From positions 42,098,001-42,162,000 of the forward strand of contig NC_043013.1 in the NCBI RefSeq assembly GCF_006345805.1: a stretch of DNA of 64,000 bases. The letters run 5' to 3'. Every line of letters starts with the position of its first letter. Within the stretch, counting starts at the first letter, position 1. Shown piece after piece: positions 50,039 to 64,000 of the stretch. The notes under the pieces are model-generated. The model searched no databases, had not been told where the DNA came from, and saw only the letters and a list, made by a program, of their open reading frames with translations. Source of the DNA: Octopus sinensis. Taxonomy: Eukaryota. Position numbers and translations under genes: made by a program.

Positions 50039-53005
50039 TATGTATGTAAATATGTGTATGTATATGTTTGTGTGTCTGTGTTTGTCCCCACCAACATTGT
50101 TTGAGAACCAATGCTGGTGTGTTTACATCCCCGTAACTTAGCAGTTCGGCAAAAGAAACCAATAGAATAAGTACTAAGGCTTAGAAAGAATGAGTCCTGG
50201 GGTTAATTTGCTTGACTAAAGGCAGTGCTCCAGTATGGCTGAAGTCAAATGACTGAAGCAAGTAAAAGAATAAAAGAATAAAAGAATAAAAGAATGTATG
50301 TATGTAACCAAATCAGTTATAGTTCCATTCAAGCTGAGTAGTCATGGTCCCATAGAGAACTGGAAATAAAGGATAGCGATTGTATGATAGTGATGCTTGC
50401 TAAGAGCTATTACGTATTGATAAGACAATGGAACGCAAGTATACACACACATACCCATGCACACACATATATATATGTGTGTGTGCATATCTATATATAT
50501 ATATTTTTTATTTATTTATGCGCCCTTTTCAAGCCCAGCCAGGCTCATAAGTCCGGTTTCCTGGTTTCTGTGGCATATTTGTTCCCCCGAGCTGGACATG
50601 ACGCCAGTACATTCACAGCGTTACTCAAGACACAGGAAGAGAGAGTGAGAGAAAGTTGGGGCAAAAGCGTACAACAGGAGTCGTCACCACCACCACCACC
50701 CCCTGCCGGAGCCTCGTGGAGCTTTTAGGTGTTTTCGCTCAATAAACACACACAACACCCGGGCTGGGAATTGAAACCGCGAGTCCGCTGCCCTAACCAC
50801 TGGGCCATTGCGCCTCCATATATATATATATAGAGCGCAATGGCCTAGTGGTTAGGGCAGCGGACTCGCGGTCGCAGGAGGATCGCGGTTCGATCTCAGA
50901 CCGGGCGTTGTGTGTGTTTATTGAGCGAAAAAAACACCTAAAAGCTCTACGAGGCTCCGGCAGGGGGTGGTGATCCCTGCTGTACTCTTTCACCACAATG
51001 GCGGTGCCCCAGCATGGCCACAGCTCAAGAGCTGAAACTGGAAAAACAAAAACAACAAACAAAACAAATATATATATACCCCAGCTGTTTCCTCTTGCAA
51101 CACTTCTATTTAATCCATTATTACGATCAATATGTATCCATAGTTACTGTTGTATGTTAATCAATCAAAATACACGTTAAAATTGAGAATTATGGAAATG
51201 TTATTTGCTGAATTATTGTATAACAATTCAGGAAAAATGGAAATCTTTTGTTCGTATTTATTCTCGTTTTCACATGTGTCAGTTGCTAATAGGAATTACA
51301 AAGATTTACATGTCAATGTAACATGTAAGTCTTTGTGTATCGTTTTGGAAAATGAAACGCGGGTAATGGAGAATAAATAATACCAAAAATTCTCATTATC
51401 GGGCTTCTTTCAGTTTCCATTTACCACATCCACTCACAAGGTTTTGGTTTGACCTAGGGTTGCAGTAGAAAGCACTTGCCAACATGCCACACAGTGGGAC
51501 TGAACCTGGAACCATGTGGTTGAGACACTTACTTCATAACCACATAGCTGTGCCTATCATCATCATCATCATCATATATATATATATATATTATATATAT
51601 ATATATATTTCTTTTATACTTTTACTTGTTTCAGTCATTTGATTGCGGCCATGCTGGAGTACCACCTTTAGTCAAGCAAATCGACCCCAGCACTTATTCT
51701 TTGTAATCCTAGTACTTATTCTATCGGTCTTTTTTCCCGAACCGTTATGGGGGACGTAAACACACTACCATTGGTTGTCAAGCGATATTGGGCGGGGGAC
51801 ACACACAGATACACAAACATATACACACACACATACATATATATATACACATATATACAACGGGCTTCTTTCAGTTTCCGTCTACCAAATCTACTCACAA
51901 GGCTTTGGTCGGCCCGAGGCTATAGTAGAATATACTCACCCAAGGTGCCACACAGTGGGAATGAACACAGAACCATGTTGTTGGTAAGCAAGCTGCTTAC
52001 CACACAGCCACTCCTGCACCTATATACATATATATATATAAAAATTTATTGTATATATAGCTGGGTCCATCATGATAATTTTTACATATTGTTTTACTCA
52101 TTGCAACATATTGATATATTTCCGCCAATGTAGATATACGTATATTACCACACAGCCAACAATCTGATGCACTCGATATGTTCAATATTCATTAACTTCG
52201 GCTTTCTTGCCTCCATTATATTGATACAGTGTTATCAAATTTCAATTTTCTCACAACCTAATTCAATGAGAAGATCATATCAATGTTTTCTTAATATATT
52301 TTAATGTTTTCTTAACATATTGCTGTTACACACTACACTCAAGCTACATTACTGATATAAAACTTTCTTGCTTTGAAGTACTATAAAAACTTTATATATT
52401 TTAAAACCACTTTGAATATATATATGTAAAATATATGTTTTATTATTTTATCATTGTTATCATAATCATTATTAATATTTTTTTTGTTGTTGTAAATTTT
52501 GGTTATAAACTTATCCTTTAGAGCTGGTCTTGTGGGGGTGTTTTTTTTTTTTTAAACTTATGTAGTTTGATCTTAGTTTTGTGTCATGTGATGAATGCTT
52601 CTTACGTACGTAATGGATATGACATGTTTTTATCTACCGTTTTTAATTTTTACTTACGCTCTGTAGAAATTGCTTATAACCTAATCAGAGGTGGATATTT
52701 ACCAGTTACCTTTCACATATATCAACATATTTACATACTTGTGTGTGTGTGTGTTTGTGTGTGTTAATAAAGATTGCTTCTAACCTAATCACGTTTGGAT
52801 ATTCAACTTTAACATGTAGGCATAGGAGTGGCTGTGCGGTAAGTAGATTGCTTATGAACCACATGGTTCCAGGTACAGTCCCACTGCATGGCACCTTCGG
52901 CAAGTGTCTTCTACTATAGCCTCGGGCCAACCAAAGACCAAAGCCTTGTGTGTGGATTCGGTAGACGGAAACTGAAAGAAGTCCGTCGTATATATGTGTA
53001 TAGAT

Positions 53006-53042
<37 letters not shown>

Positions 53043-53845
53043 TGTCCCCCAACATCGCTTGACAACTGGTGCTTGTGTGTTTATGTCCCCGTAACTTAAC
53101 GGTTCAGCAAAAGAGTCCGATAGAATCACTACTAGGCTTACAAAGAATAAGACCTGGGGTCGATTTGCTCGACTAAAAGCCGGTGCTCCAACATGGCCAC
53201 AGTCAAATGACTGAAACAAGTAAAAGAGTAATATATATATATGTGTGTGTGTGTGTATCTGTTGTACCAGAGCTATGACCTCTCAATGCAGAGAAGCAGA
53301 GGCTTGACCTGGAGAGACTCCCTCATCTCTGAGCTATACATCCAATCAAGTAGCATTACACCAGAGTTCCTTTGAACGGAGCCTGTTTTGGCCACATGTA
53401 TTCATGATCACACTCCCTCAGTCATTACCCAACATTGATGGGGCAGGGGGTGCGATGATAGGCATGTAAACCTAACTGAAGATAACAAGTTTGGCTCTTT
53501 TTAATAACTTCTCTTCTGAAGATCAAATGCTGCTGCTGGCTCATCTCTGTGCCAGCACCTGCAATTCTGCCATCTGATTCAGCTTCCTTTTATAAAAAAA
53601 AAGATGATAGCATGGAATATATAAATTAGCTGAAAATAGGCCTTAATGATATAAAACAGATAGGAGCATGAAATATAGCTTAAAGCACCTGTAAACATAA
53701 AATGCTATATAAAACAGATGGTAACTTGAAACATAGAAAAGATGAAAATGGGCCTTAATGATAGAAAACATTTACAAGCATGAAATATGGCTTAATCCTC
53801 TAGTATTTAAGCCAGCCATATCCAGCCCAGATATTCTACTGGTTA

Positions 53846-53847
<2 letters not shown>

Positions 53848-53889
<42 letters not shown>

Positions 53890-54150
53890 AATTATTGTAT
53901 ACAGTGTTCAGGTGCACCACAACTTGTCAAAAGTGTGTATAAAGCATATGCAGTAATGTACAAATGTCTGGGAAGTGAACAGTGTATGAGTCAGATACAT
54001 GCTTGCATGTGTATGGAGGGGAGAAAATCAGGTGTAGTGTTAACAAATCTCAGGAAGCTTGGAAGTTTTGAAGGATGCAGTGCTCTGACAACTAACAACT
54101 GATGCCGGAAGTTTGTTCCATACTTCAGCAACTCTTAGCGTGAAGAAATG
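53848..54150 (-). mobile_element. CR1-like LINE 3' end with (ATT)n tail
   Basis: The - strand encodes HFFTLRVAEVWNKLPASVVSCQSTASFK, the CR1 ORF2 C-terminal motif, followed by a 3' UTR and an (ATT)n tail at 53848-53887. Confidence 0.75.
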
Positions 54151-54944
54151 TTCAAGTTGACCAGATTTATGTTCGAGTTGACCAGATTTGGCTTCTCACA
54201 CCTACCCTACAATGTCCTTCTAAAAGTAAACAACCACTTCATCAAAATCTTGGAGTGACAATATAATGCATGATTAATTTGAAGCAATTTTTAATTTACA
54301 AGCATTACATTTGACAGAGTAATTTGAATGCTTAATCGTTAAAGCAGGTGTTAGCTTGAAATGTTATAAAAAACAGATGATAACATGAAATATGTTAGAG
54401 AACAAATGCTAGCATGAAATTTGTTGTAAAACAAATGTCGACATGGAATATATGCTATAAATCCTAAAACATGTGCTAGTGAGTAATTAGGTAATGATAT
54501 GAAACTTGATATAATCAAATGAAATGATATTTAAAGTATGTAATAATATAAAACACGAGATAATAGTAATGATAGCATCAGATGATCAGTAGTAAAGAAA
54601 AATCTCACCACTTAGAATATCAGGATGTAAACATTACTTGGTGATGGCGGCGGTGGAGGTGATGGTGATGGTGGTCAGGCACATGGGGTAAAATGCTTGA
54701 TGGAATTTTGCCCATCTTTGTGTTCTGAGTTCAGATGTCCCCAAGGTGAACTTTGCCTTTTGTCCTTTTGGGGCGTCGATAAAATGGGTACCAGTCAGGT
54801 GGTGGTAGTCAGTGTAATCGACTTCCCCATCCCACTCAAAAACTGCTGGCCTTGTGCCAAAATTTGAAACCATTATTATACTGTTATTATTATTATTATC
54901 ATTATTATTATTATTATTGAGTGAGAGAGCAATGCATGCCATCA

Positions 54945-55013
<69 letters not shown>

Positions 55014-55839
55014 AGGTGGCGAGCTGGCAGAATCGTTAGCATGCCGGTCGAAATGCTTAGTGGTATTTTGTCTGCCACTACATTCTGAGCTCAAATTCTG
55101 CCATGATCAACTTTGCTTTTCATCCTTTTGGGGTCGATAAATTAAGTTGAGTACGGGAGTCAATGTAATCATCTAGTCCTCTTCCCCAAAATTTCAGTTC
55201 TTGTGCCTTTAGTAGAAAGTATTATTATTATCTTTCTTTTTCTCTTCCCCCTCCTCTTCACCTTTCTTTCTTCTTCTTCTTAGGCTTCCTCCAATTATCT
55301 TTATCTTCTTTTTCTTCTTTTCCTCTTTTGCCTTCTTCCAATTCTCCTTCCATCTTCTTCTTCTTATTATTATTATCTTATCATTATTATTCCACTTTAC
55401 AAGTTTACAAATTATTCACAAAAAGATGGGGAGGGGAGAAGTAAGAACTACCTCTAAGACATTGAATTCAACTAGATGTAATATAACAAAAATATATTGG
55501 AATTAAAATGATTTAAAAAAAAAAATAGACAAGTTTTCTTTCCTCTTGTTGTTGTTGTTCTTCTTCTTCTTCTTGGTCTTGTTGTTGTTGCAGCTGTCAT
55601 CATCATCCTTGTTGTTGATTAGAACCCAACTATGAAGGTCACATGGTTATGTCTGTTGTCTAGGCAACCAAATAATCAGGCTCAATGTTGTTATATTTGG
55701 CGTTGTTGTTGTTGTTTTTAATTATAAAGACAATAACATGAAATAAAAATTAATTAAAATATATAAATTATGTTTTCTTTTTACTCCATTTCTTAAATTT
55801 TTTTTTTGTTTTCGTTGATTCTTGAAATTTTTGTTTTGA

Positions 55840-55874
<35 letters not shown>

Positions 55875-57073
55875 TGTGATTTTGGTTTGGTAGTTTATTT
55901 TAATATTTTTCATTTATTTCTCTAATATTTAATTTTGCCGTTTCCTTATAAACACTTGAGATTTTCGACACATTTTTTCTTCATTAAAATTACCAAAATA
56001 GTTATGAAGCAGCTGGCCTTAACAATACCATCAACAGTTCAAATCCTACCGCCACCGGCTAATCTAGGATCCACTTTACACAGGGTCAACAGGTACCCTG
56101 ATGATGATGTTGTTTAGCACAACCCCTACTTCTAAGTTAGCCATGATCGAGACAGTGTATAATCAAAGGATGGGCCCCTTATCCATATATCGTGGCACTT
56201 TGTCAGTTACAACAACGAGGGTTCCAGTTGATCCAATCAACGGAACAGCCTGCTTGTGAAATTAACATGCAGGTGGCTGAGCACTCCACAGACACATGTA
56301 CCCTTCACGTAGTTCTCAGGGAGATTCAGCGTGACACAGAGTGTGACAAGGCTGGCTCTTTGAAATACAGGTACAACAGAAACAGGAAGAAAGAATAAGA
56401 GAAAGTTGTGGTGATAGAGTACAGCAGGGTTCACCACTACCCCCTGCCAGAGCTTTGTGGAGCTTTAGGTATTTTTGCTCAATAAACAGTCACAACACCC
56501 AGGCTGGGAATCGAAACCACAATCCTACAACCATGAGTCCGTTTTCCTAACCACTGGGCCATTGTGCCTCCACATTTATATAATTCATATATAAGCATGG
56601 CTGTATAGGTACATGAAGGTGTGAGGCCTAGTGGGTAGGATGTTTCACTCATGATCACTAGATCATGGGTTCAATTTCCTGACTGGGTGGCACTTTGTGT
56701 TCCTGAGCAAAACCCTTCATTTCACATTGCTCCATTCCTCCTTCAGTCAGAGGGGAATGTTGGCCTGCTTGCCTAGCCAGTGAGGTGGTGCCATTTAAAG
56801 GCGAAAACAATGCAAGAGTGCATTGTGACCAGCGATGTGTAACAACTTATGATAGCCAGGTCGGTCACATGATTGCATGATATAGGTGCAGGCATTGTTG
56901 TGTGGTTAAGAAGCTCGTTTTGTGACCACATGGTTTCAGGTTCAGTCCTACTGCGAAGCACAAGCCAGGTGTCTTCTGCTCTAGCCCCTGACCAATTAAT
57001 TCTTTGTGAGAGAATGTGATGGATGGAAATTGTGGAAGCCTATGATATATATGTATATATATATATAGAATTG

Positions 57074-57263
57074 CTAAAGTGACCAAGGGTACTAGCCAGC
57101 ACCAGCATTGCTAGAAAAAAGAGTCAAAACAACTCTTAATCACAAGAATGCACTTATTTTATGACTGACAAGTCATAAGTTAAGTGCATTCTCATGGCTA
57201 AGAGTTATTTTGACTCTTGTTTCTAGCAATGCTGATGCTGGCTAGTACCCTTGGTCACTTTAG
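57074..57263. repeat. Palindromic element with ~90-bp arms inside a SINE TA tract
   Basis: ctaaagtgaccaagggtactagccagcaccagcattgctagaaa / tttctagcaatgctgatgctggctagtacccttggtcactttag; centre ttatgac-tgacaa-gtcataa. Confidence 0.85.
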
Positions 57264-57310
57264 TGACATTTATAGTTCTGCCCTTTGGTTGTAAATTACA
57301 AATAAGCCAC

Positions 57311-57341
<31 letters not shown>

Positions 57342-57363
57342 TTGATATCCAGAAGATATAAAC

Positions 57364-57409
<46 letters not shown>

Positions 57410-58254
57410 ATGGATGTGTGTTTGGGTTTTGTCCCGCCCACTCACTACTTGATAACTGGTGTTGGTTTGTTTAGGTCCCTGTAACTTAGCAGTTAGGCAA
57501 AAGAATAAGCACCAGACTTAAAAATTAAGTGCTGGGGGTCAATTTGTCCAACTAAAGCCTTCAAAGTGCCCCTCAAAAAACTTGGCCAAATTTCAATGAA
57601 TGAAACAAGTAAAAGATGAAAGATATATGGCCGATGCCAGACCCCTCTGGCACCTGTGCAGGTGGCACGTAAAAAGCACCCACTACACTCGCGGAGTGGT
57701 TGGCGTTAGGAAGGGCATCCAGCTGTAGAAAGACTGCCAGACTAGACTGGAGCCTGGGGCAGTCCCGAGCTCCCCAGACCCCGGTCGAAACCGTCCAACC
57801 CGTGCTAGCGCGGAAAACGGACGTTAAACGATGATGATGATGATGATGATGATGATATAAACACACACACACACACACATACACACACACACACACACAT
57901 ATATATATAGGCACCATGGCAACAAAGTACAGCTCACCATTGCTGCTTTGTTTAGTGTTCAAATCAGTCCTGACTGAGCAGACTGCACTCAAAGGTGTTC
58001 CATCTGTGACCATCACGTCATTCTTTCTCTCTCTCTCTTTTGTTTCTTTATCCTCCTTTATCCGGCGTCACCGGGTCATAGTGCTAGTGCATGCATATAC
58101 AGCTGCATGCATGCACACATACACACTAGTACTGTCCAAATCTCCAACCATTCACATACAGCTTGCTGGCATTCAATTGGCGTATCAAGTTTCAGGCATT
58201 TTGATTGGGTGTTGGATAGAAAATTCACAAAAAAGTCACTTCTATTGATTTTTT

Positions 58255-58412
58255 AATGGCTTTGTGGGGTGACTGGGGAAATGTAAAGATGTGCATGACC
58301 ACCCTTGGACGGTTTTGAATGACCATAGAAAGTGCAAGCCCTCTAACTGAAAAGTTGTGGATTTGTATAAAGGACACACACACAGACATTTTGCCGTTTA
58401 TATATGTAGAGA
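58255..58412 (-). mobile_element. Truncated non-autonomous Helitron-like element
   Basis: Ends acacacagacattttgccgtttatatatgtagagat, homologous to the 12300-12333 terminus. Confidence 0.5.
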
Positions 58413-60167
58413 TATATATGAGTGAATCGCTGTCTAATGTGTTCTTCCATTTCTTTTAATTCAGTATATTATAATTTGAAGGTGTTTCAACTGCTATTAC
58501 CAGCAGAGTGAATGACTACATAGAGGCTCCCATCCATTAGTGTCTCACTCACCTCACAGTGAGTCAGTCCTCAATCAAAGTTACTGCCATCTTAGACAGG
58601 TCCAGTTTGACGCTGCATCTCTCTCACACTCTCCATCATATATTTATTTCCAATTCTGGCACAAGGCCAGCAATTTCAGGGAACCACCCCAGCATTCAAC
58701 AGCTGCTTATTTTTTATTGACTCTGAAAGGATGGAAGGCAAAGTCGACCTTGGCAGAATTTGAACACAGACCGTGAAGATCGACAAAATGCCACTAAACA
58801 TTTTGCAACATGTGCTAACGATTCGGTCAGTTCACCACCTTCTTGGATATCTTTAATATTGGGTTCAAATTTTGGCCGAAGGCCAGTAAGTTCAGAAGAG
58901 AGGGGGTAGTTGATTGCATTGACCACAGTGTTCAACTCTCTCTTTTTACTCTTTTACTTGTTTCTGTTATTTGACTGTGGCCATGCTGGAGCACCACCTT
59001 TAGTTGAGCAAATTGACCCCAGGACTTATCCTTTGTAAGCCTAGTAGTTATTCTATCAGTTTCTTTTGCCGAACTGCTAAGTTACAGGGACATAAACACA
59101 CCAGCATCGGTTGTCAAGCAATGTTGAGGGAACAAACACAAACACACACACACAGACACACAAACACACACACACATATATATACATATATACAACAGGC
59201 TTCTTTCATTTTCCATCTACCAAATCCTCTCACAAGCCTTTGGTCAGACTGAGGCTATAGAAGACACTTGCCCAAGGTGCCACGCTGTGGGACTGAACCC
59301 AGAACCATGTGGTTGGTAAGCAAGCTACTTACCACACTGCCACTCCTACACCTATGACTTACCCCACAGCCACTCCTACTGGTGCTTATTTTTTATCAAC
59401 CCCCAAAACGATGAAAAGCAAAATCGACTTTGGCAGAATTTGAACTCAGAGCATGAAGATGGATGAAATGCCGCTAAGCATATTGCTCAATGTGTCAATG
59501 ATTCTGCCAGCCCACCACCTTATTGTATACCATTATTATTGACTTCAAATTTTGGCTCAAGGCTGGTAAGTTCAAGAAAGGAGCTAGTCAATAACATGGC
59601 CCCCAGTCCTCAACTGGTACTCATTTCCATCAACCCCAAAAGAATGATCGGCAAAGTCGACCTCGGTGGAATTTGTACTCAGAACACAAAGACGGATGAA
59701 ATGCTGCTAAGCATTCTACCCAGTGTGCTAACCATTCTGCCAGTTCCCTTCCTTATACTCCATCATATATTATCACCCAATTCTTCACCATCTAACCAAA
59801 GGGGAACCAGGCAACCCTGTTATGTACTTTATTAGTTTTAACATCCAGCTGGTTTCTACAGTTAGATGCTCTTCCTTGCACCAGCCACTTTACACAGTAG
59901 TGGCCTAGGTGCATTTTCTTGTGCCGCCGGTGCCCGAGGCTCTCGATATTAATTGGTAAAGATTTGTAAACAGTTTTCATGACATTGTTTGTGAGTGTTT
60001 CTTTCTATTTTCTCTTTGAGGAAATACGTCATATTTTATTGGAGTTCTTTTGTTTACAAACATATCCAATTGATATTGAATTGGCTTGTGTGTGTGTGTG
60101 TATGTGTGTGTCTGTGTCTGTGTATGTAGGCTATCTATATATGTGTGTATGCTGTTTTAAATATATG

Positions 60168-60200
<33 letters not shown>

Positions 60201-60383
60201 ATATATATATATATATATAAATAATGTACATATATACATATGCGTGTGTGGTTGTATAAGTAGGTTGCCTGCCTCTATGTTTGTGTGTATGTATGTATGT
60301 TTATATATATACATATATATATATAATATATATATATATATATACACACACATATGTGCGTGTGGATGTTCTTATATGTAGAT

Positions 60384-60420
<37 letters not shown>

Positions 60421-60548
60421 ATGCATTTTGTTAATCTTTTTTCTTTTTTTTTGGTTCTTGTATTTAATCTCATTTGTCTCCACTTGAAATATTCTTTGTC
60501 CCAGACATCATCACTTCTGGAGATTTTTCTTTTGATTTCCACTTCCTT

Positions 60549-60608
<60 letters not shown>

Positions 60609-62634
60609 CAAGAGTCCTACTTACCTTTTGCTGCTACAACTACTACCACAACCACCACCACTACTGCCACCACCACCACCACCACCACTTCTACTACAAC
60701 CACCAATACAACTACTTCAACTACCACTACTACTACTACAATTTCCGTTCTTCATCTGTTCTTTTTCTTCTGCTTTTTTTCTTCTTCATTTGCTTTTCTT
60801 CCATTTTCATCTCTTTTTCCATCATTGTTTTTGTCGTTGTCACCTTTTGTTGTTCATGCCCCTTATTATTGTTATTATTATCTTATCATCATCATCATCG
60901 TCATTGTTGTTATTATTATTAAATTCATTATTATTATTGTTATAAGGTGAGCTAGCAGAAATATAAGTACATAAGACAAAATAATTAGCAGCTCTTCATA
61001 TTCTGAGTTCAAATTCTACCAAGGTTCAGTTTCTCTTCATCCTTCCAGGGGTCAGTAAAGTAGGTACCAGTTGACAACTAGGACTAGCTCCCTTCCCTTA
61101 AAATTTCAGGTTCTATGCCCTACTGTTAGACTATTCTCTGTCTCTTTTACTCTTTTACTTGTTTCAGTCATTTGACTGTGGCCATGCTGGAGCACCGACT
61201 TTAGTTGAGCAAATCGACCCCAGGACTTATTCTTTGGAACCCTAGTACTTATTCTATTGGTCTTTTCTGTTGAACTGTTAAGTTACGGGAACGTAAACAC
61301 ACCAGCATCGGTTGTCAAGCAATGTTGGGGGGGACAAACACAGACACAAAAACATATACACACACATACATATATATGTATATATATATTTGGGCTTCTT
61401 TTAGTTTCCATCTACCAAATCCACTCTCAAGGCTTTGGACGGCCTGAGGCTATAGTAGAAGACACTTGCCCAAGTGCCACACAGTGGGACTGAACCCGGA
61501 CTGTTGCAGCTGTTTATTGTCTGAGTTCCAACCTTTCAGATGTCAACTTCACTTTTCACCATTCTGCAAGACAGCTGAATTCTTAGCATGCCAGACAAAA
61601 TTTCTTAGCAGTATTTCTTCAAACGTTTGAACCTTACAAAGGTGTTGACAGAGGACTGAGATACCTAGTGCATTGTTGTACTTGAGAAGATCTGCCCACC
61701 CACAGCAGAACTGAGATCCTAAAACCAAAGTGCCATGTGGAAAGCACTGGTGCTGACGCCACCTAAAAATGCATCTGTGCATAAAAAAAGGACCCAGTAC
61801 ACTCTGCAGAGTAGTTGAAACTAGGAAGGGCATTTGGTCATAGAAGCCAAACCAAAACAGACTAGGGTACTTAGTGTGGCCCTTGGCCTTACCGGTTACA
61901 GTCAAGCCAGCCAACTCATGCCAGCTTGAAAAATAGACATCTGATGATGATTTCTTCCAATTTAATGTTCAGAGTTCAAATTCAACCAAGGTTGAATTTG
62001 TCTTTCATCCTTTCAACTCTGAAGAAATGTATATTCTATTTGTCTGAGTATTGTGCCTTGTTATATGAGGCAAAAGTCTTCTGCGATTGGCTGAAAATAT
62101 TCCTACATTATATACAAGAACTTATTGCTTGTATTTGCCTTAATCTTTTATAACAGTTAACTATTCTGCAGTAAATCTGAAGCAGGGGTTCATTATTATA
62201 CAGCCTATAATCCCACACATGATTGACTGAAGATTGCAGAAAAAAACAAATTTAAATATATTCCACAAAAAAATTTGGAATCTCTCTAAGACAGGGGATT
62301 TTTTTCTTTTGTTTTTTTTTACTCTCTTTTTGTTTTCTTTTTTACTTTGATCTATTTTCCTTAATTCTGTGAGTGACAGTTTTAGATTATAATCAGGAAG
62401 TTAGTCTATGCTTCCAGTGGGGGACAGAGATTAAAGCAGCAGAAATTTTCTGCTTGCTTTGCTTCTGTTGAAGATAGTTCCACCTGACAAATCTCATTAG
62501 GTGAGATATATTAATGTATATTAATGGTATTTAGATAACGATCTTATCCTATTGGAGACTTTTGATGTTATTAAATAGCTTGGCAACATTAAGTTGGTCG
62601 ATTTTTACATTTTCACACATTGAAGAATGCTGCA

Positions 62635-62665
<31 letters not shown>

Positions 62666-63682
62666 TCAAACACACATACTGCTGAACATGCACACATACA
62701 TGCACACACACAAAATTTTGCTAAACACATGCCCAAACACTGCACACATGCATACACATACTGCATATATATTCCAAACCTGAGTGCCAGATAGGCAAAC
62801 TTCCATCAACTCACTACTCCACAATCTCCATTTCCCCTCCACGACTCCTTCCTCTCTGCTAAGCTATTCCTGTTCTTTCTTTCTTTCTTTCTCTCTCTTC
62901 CCATTTTCTCTACTACCTCCGTCTTCTGCTCTTGCACTCTTAAAACCCACCACAAATTCCATGTTGAATTATGTGCTCTCTGTCAATCACTATTACTACA
63001 ACAATGGCCTCTTGTTTTGCTCCAAAACTTACTCTGTCACCTCTCTCTCTCTCATTATTACACTCTCCTCACATATGTTTCCCCTTCCAATCAATATCCC
63101 CTAATAATCATCCTCTCTCTAACATCTCTCTACTCCAACAGCCTCCTATTATCTCCACACCAAAACCAGTACAGCTTAAATATAGCTATAGGTATGTAAT
63201 TTAAAGGAGATTGGGCTCCTACTTCTAGCAGTTTGAGTAGGAGATTTGGCTACTATTTCTGGCAGTTTGTGTGATAGCTCATGGGCTCCAACATTGATTA
63301 CCATATCAAGACTCTCCGTTACACTCTTTTTCACAGCTGTGGCAGTGATGGGCACCTCCTGCAGCAGGTGTTACAATATTGTTTTGGTGACCCTTCATAT
63401 GATATTTTAGCCTGCCTCCTGCTACATATTCTTTCTCTCACTCCCTGCTGTATTAAGCATAGTTAACTACTCTGTGTACACACATGCATATGCTTATACA
63501 CACACACATATGCATAGTGCAAATTAAGATAAATACCACTTTAAATATTTAGTTCCGATATGCACTTCACCACTGCAGTTAACTCAACATCAGATGTTCC
63601 AGGTGCATTTGGATGCCTAACTGCAATAAAACATCAGAGGATGATGATTGACTTCTACACACAAATACACATTCATACATAC

Positions 63683-63722
<40 letters not shown>

Positions 63723-64000
63723 GGGACACAAAACTCTACTTGTGAAGACCTGTTGAGGCAAGTGAGAATCAGAATCGAAATCGATCAATGGAAATTGCAG
63801 CTGAGTTACCAGTGCCGGTGGCACGTAAGAGAACCATCCGAATGTGGCCGTTGCCAGCACTGCCCCGAAAGGCCTCGTGCCGGTGGCACATAAAAAACAC
63901 CATCCGTTTGTGGCCGTTGCCAGCACCGCCCCGACTGGCCTCGTGCCGGTGGCACATATAAAAGCACCATCCATTCGTGGCCGTTGCCAGCCTCACCTGG

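Noticed and set aside
62418-62500. AG...GTGAGA-bounded candidate for the next oxt exon
   Set aside because: Stops in all three frames; no WSC-like or Branch-domain sequence found anywhere downstream of 45325.
63780-64000. CRISPR-like repeat array
   Set aside because: Eukaryotic context; the units are tandem retroposon subrepeats without unique spacers, and there are no cas genes.

Overview
This is AT-rich, microsatellite-saturated eukaryotic DNA, most likely an octopus (inferred from the tRNA-derived SINE families and simple-repeat density). Most ORFs in the supplied track are low-complexity or SINE artefacts. The one well-supported host coding segment is a 259-nt internal exon (45067-45325, +) of a xylosyltransferase (oxt/XYLT-like), surrounded by long intronic sequence. 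CpG decay in SINE copies increases sharply from about 27-28 kb onward, which suggests that gene body starts there. The rest is mobile DNA: a full-length decayed DD36E (Incomer-type) Tc1 element, mariner/maT deletion derivatives, Helitrons with intact TC...CTAG ends, RTE and CR1 LINE remnants, mariner, piggyBac and hAT MITEs, and four SINE-like families. The most interesting signal is a set of fold-back elements inserted in (TA)n tracts. Several carry type I hammerhead ribozyme motifs, typical of Penelope-like/retrozyme elements. One is a near-intact inverted pair (22921-22971 on - and 23427-23476 on +), and a second family shows stem covariation between its two copies. All alignments and folds were done by eye; coordinates of decayed repeats are approximate.
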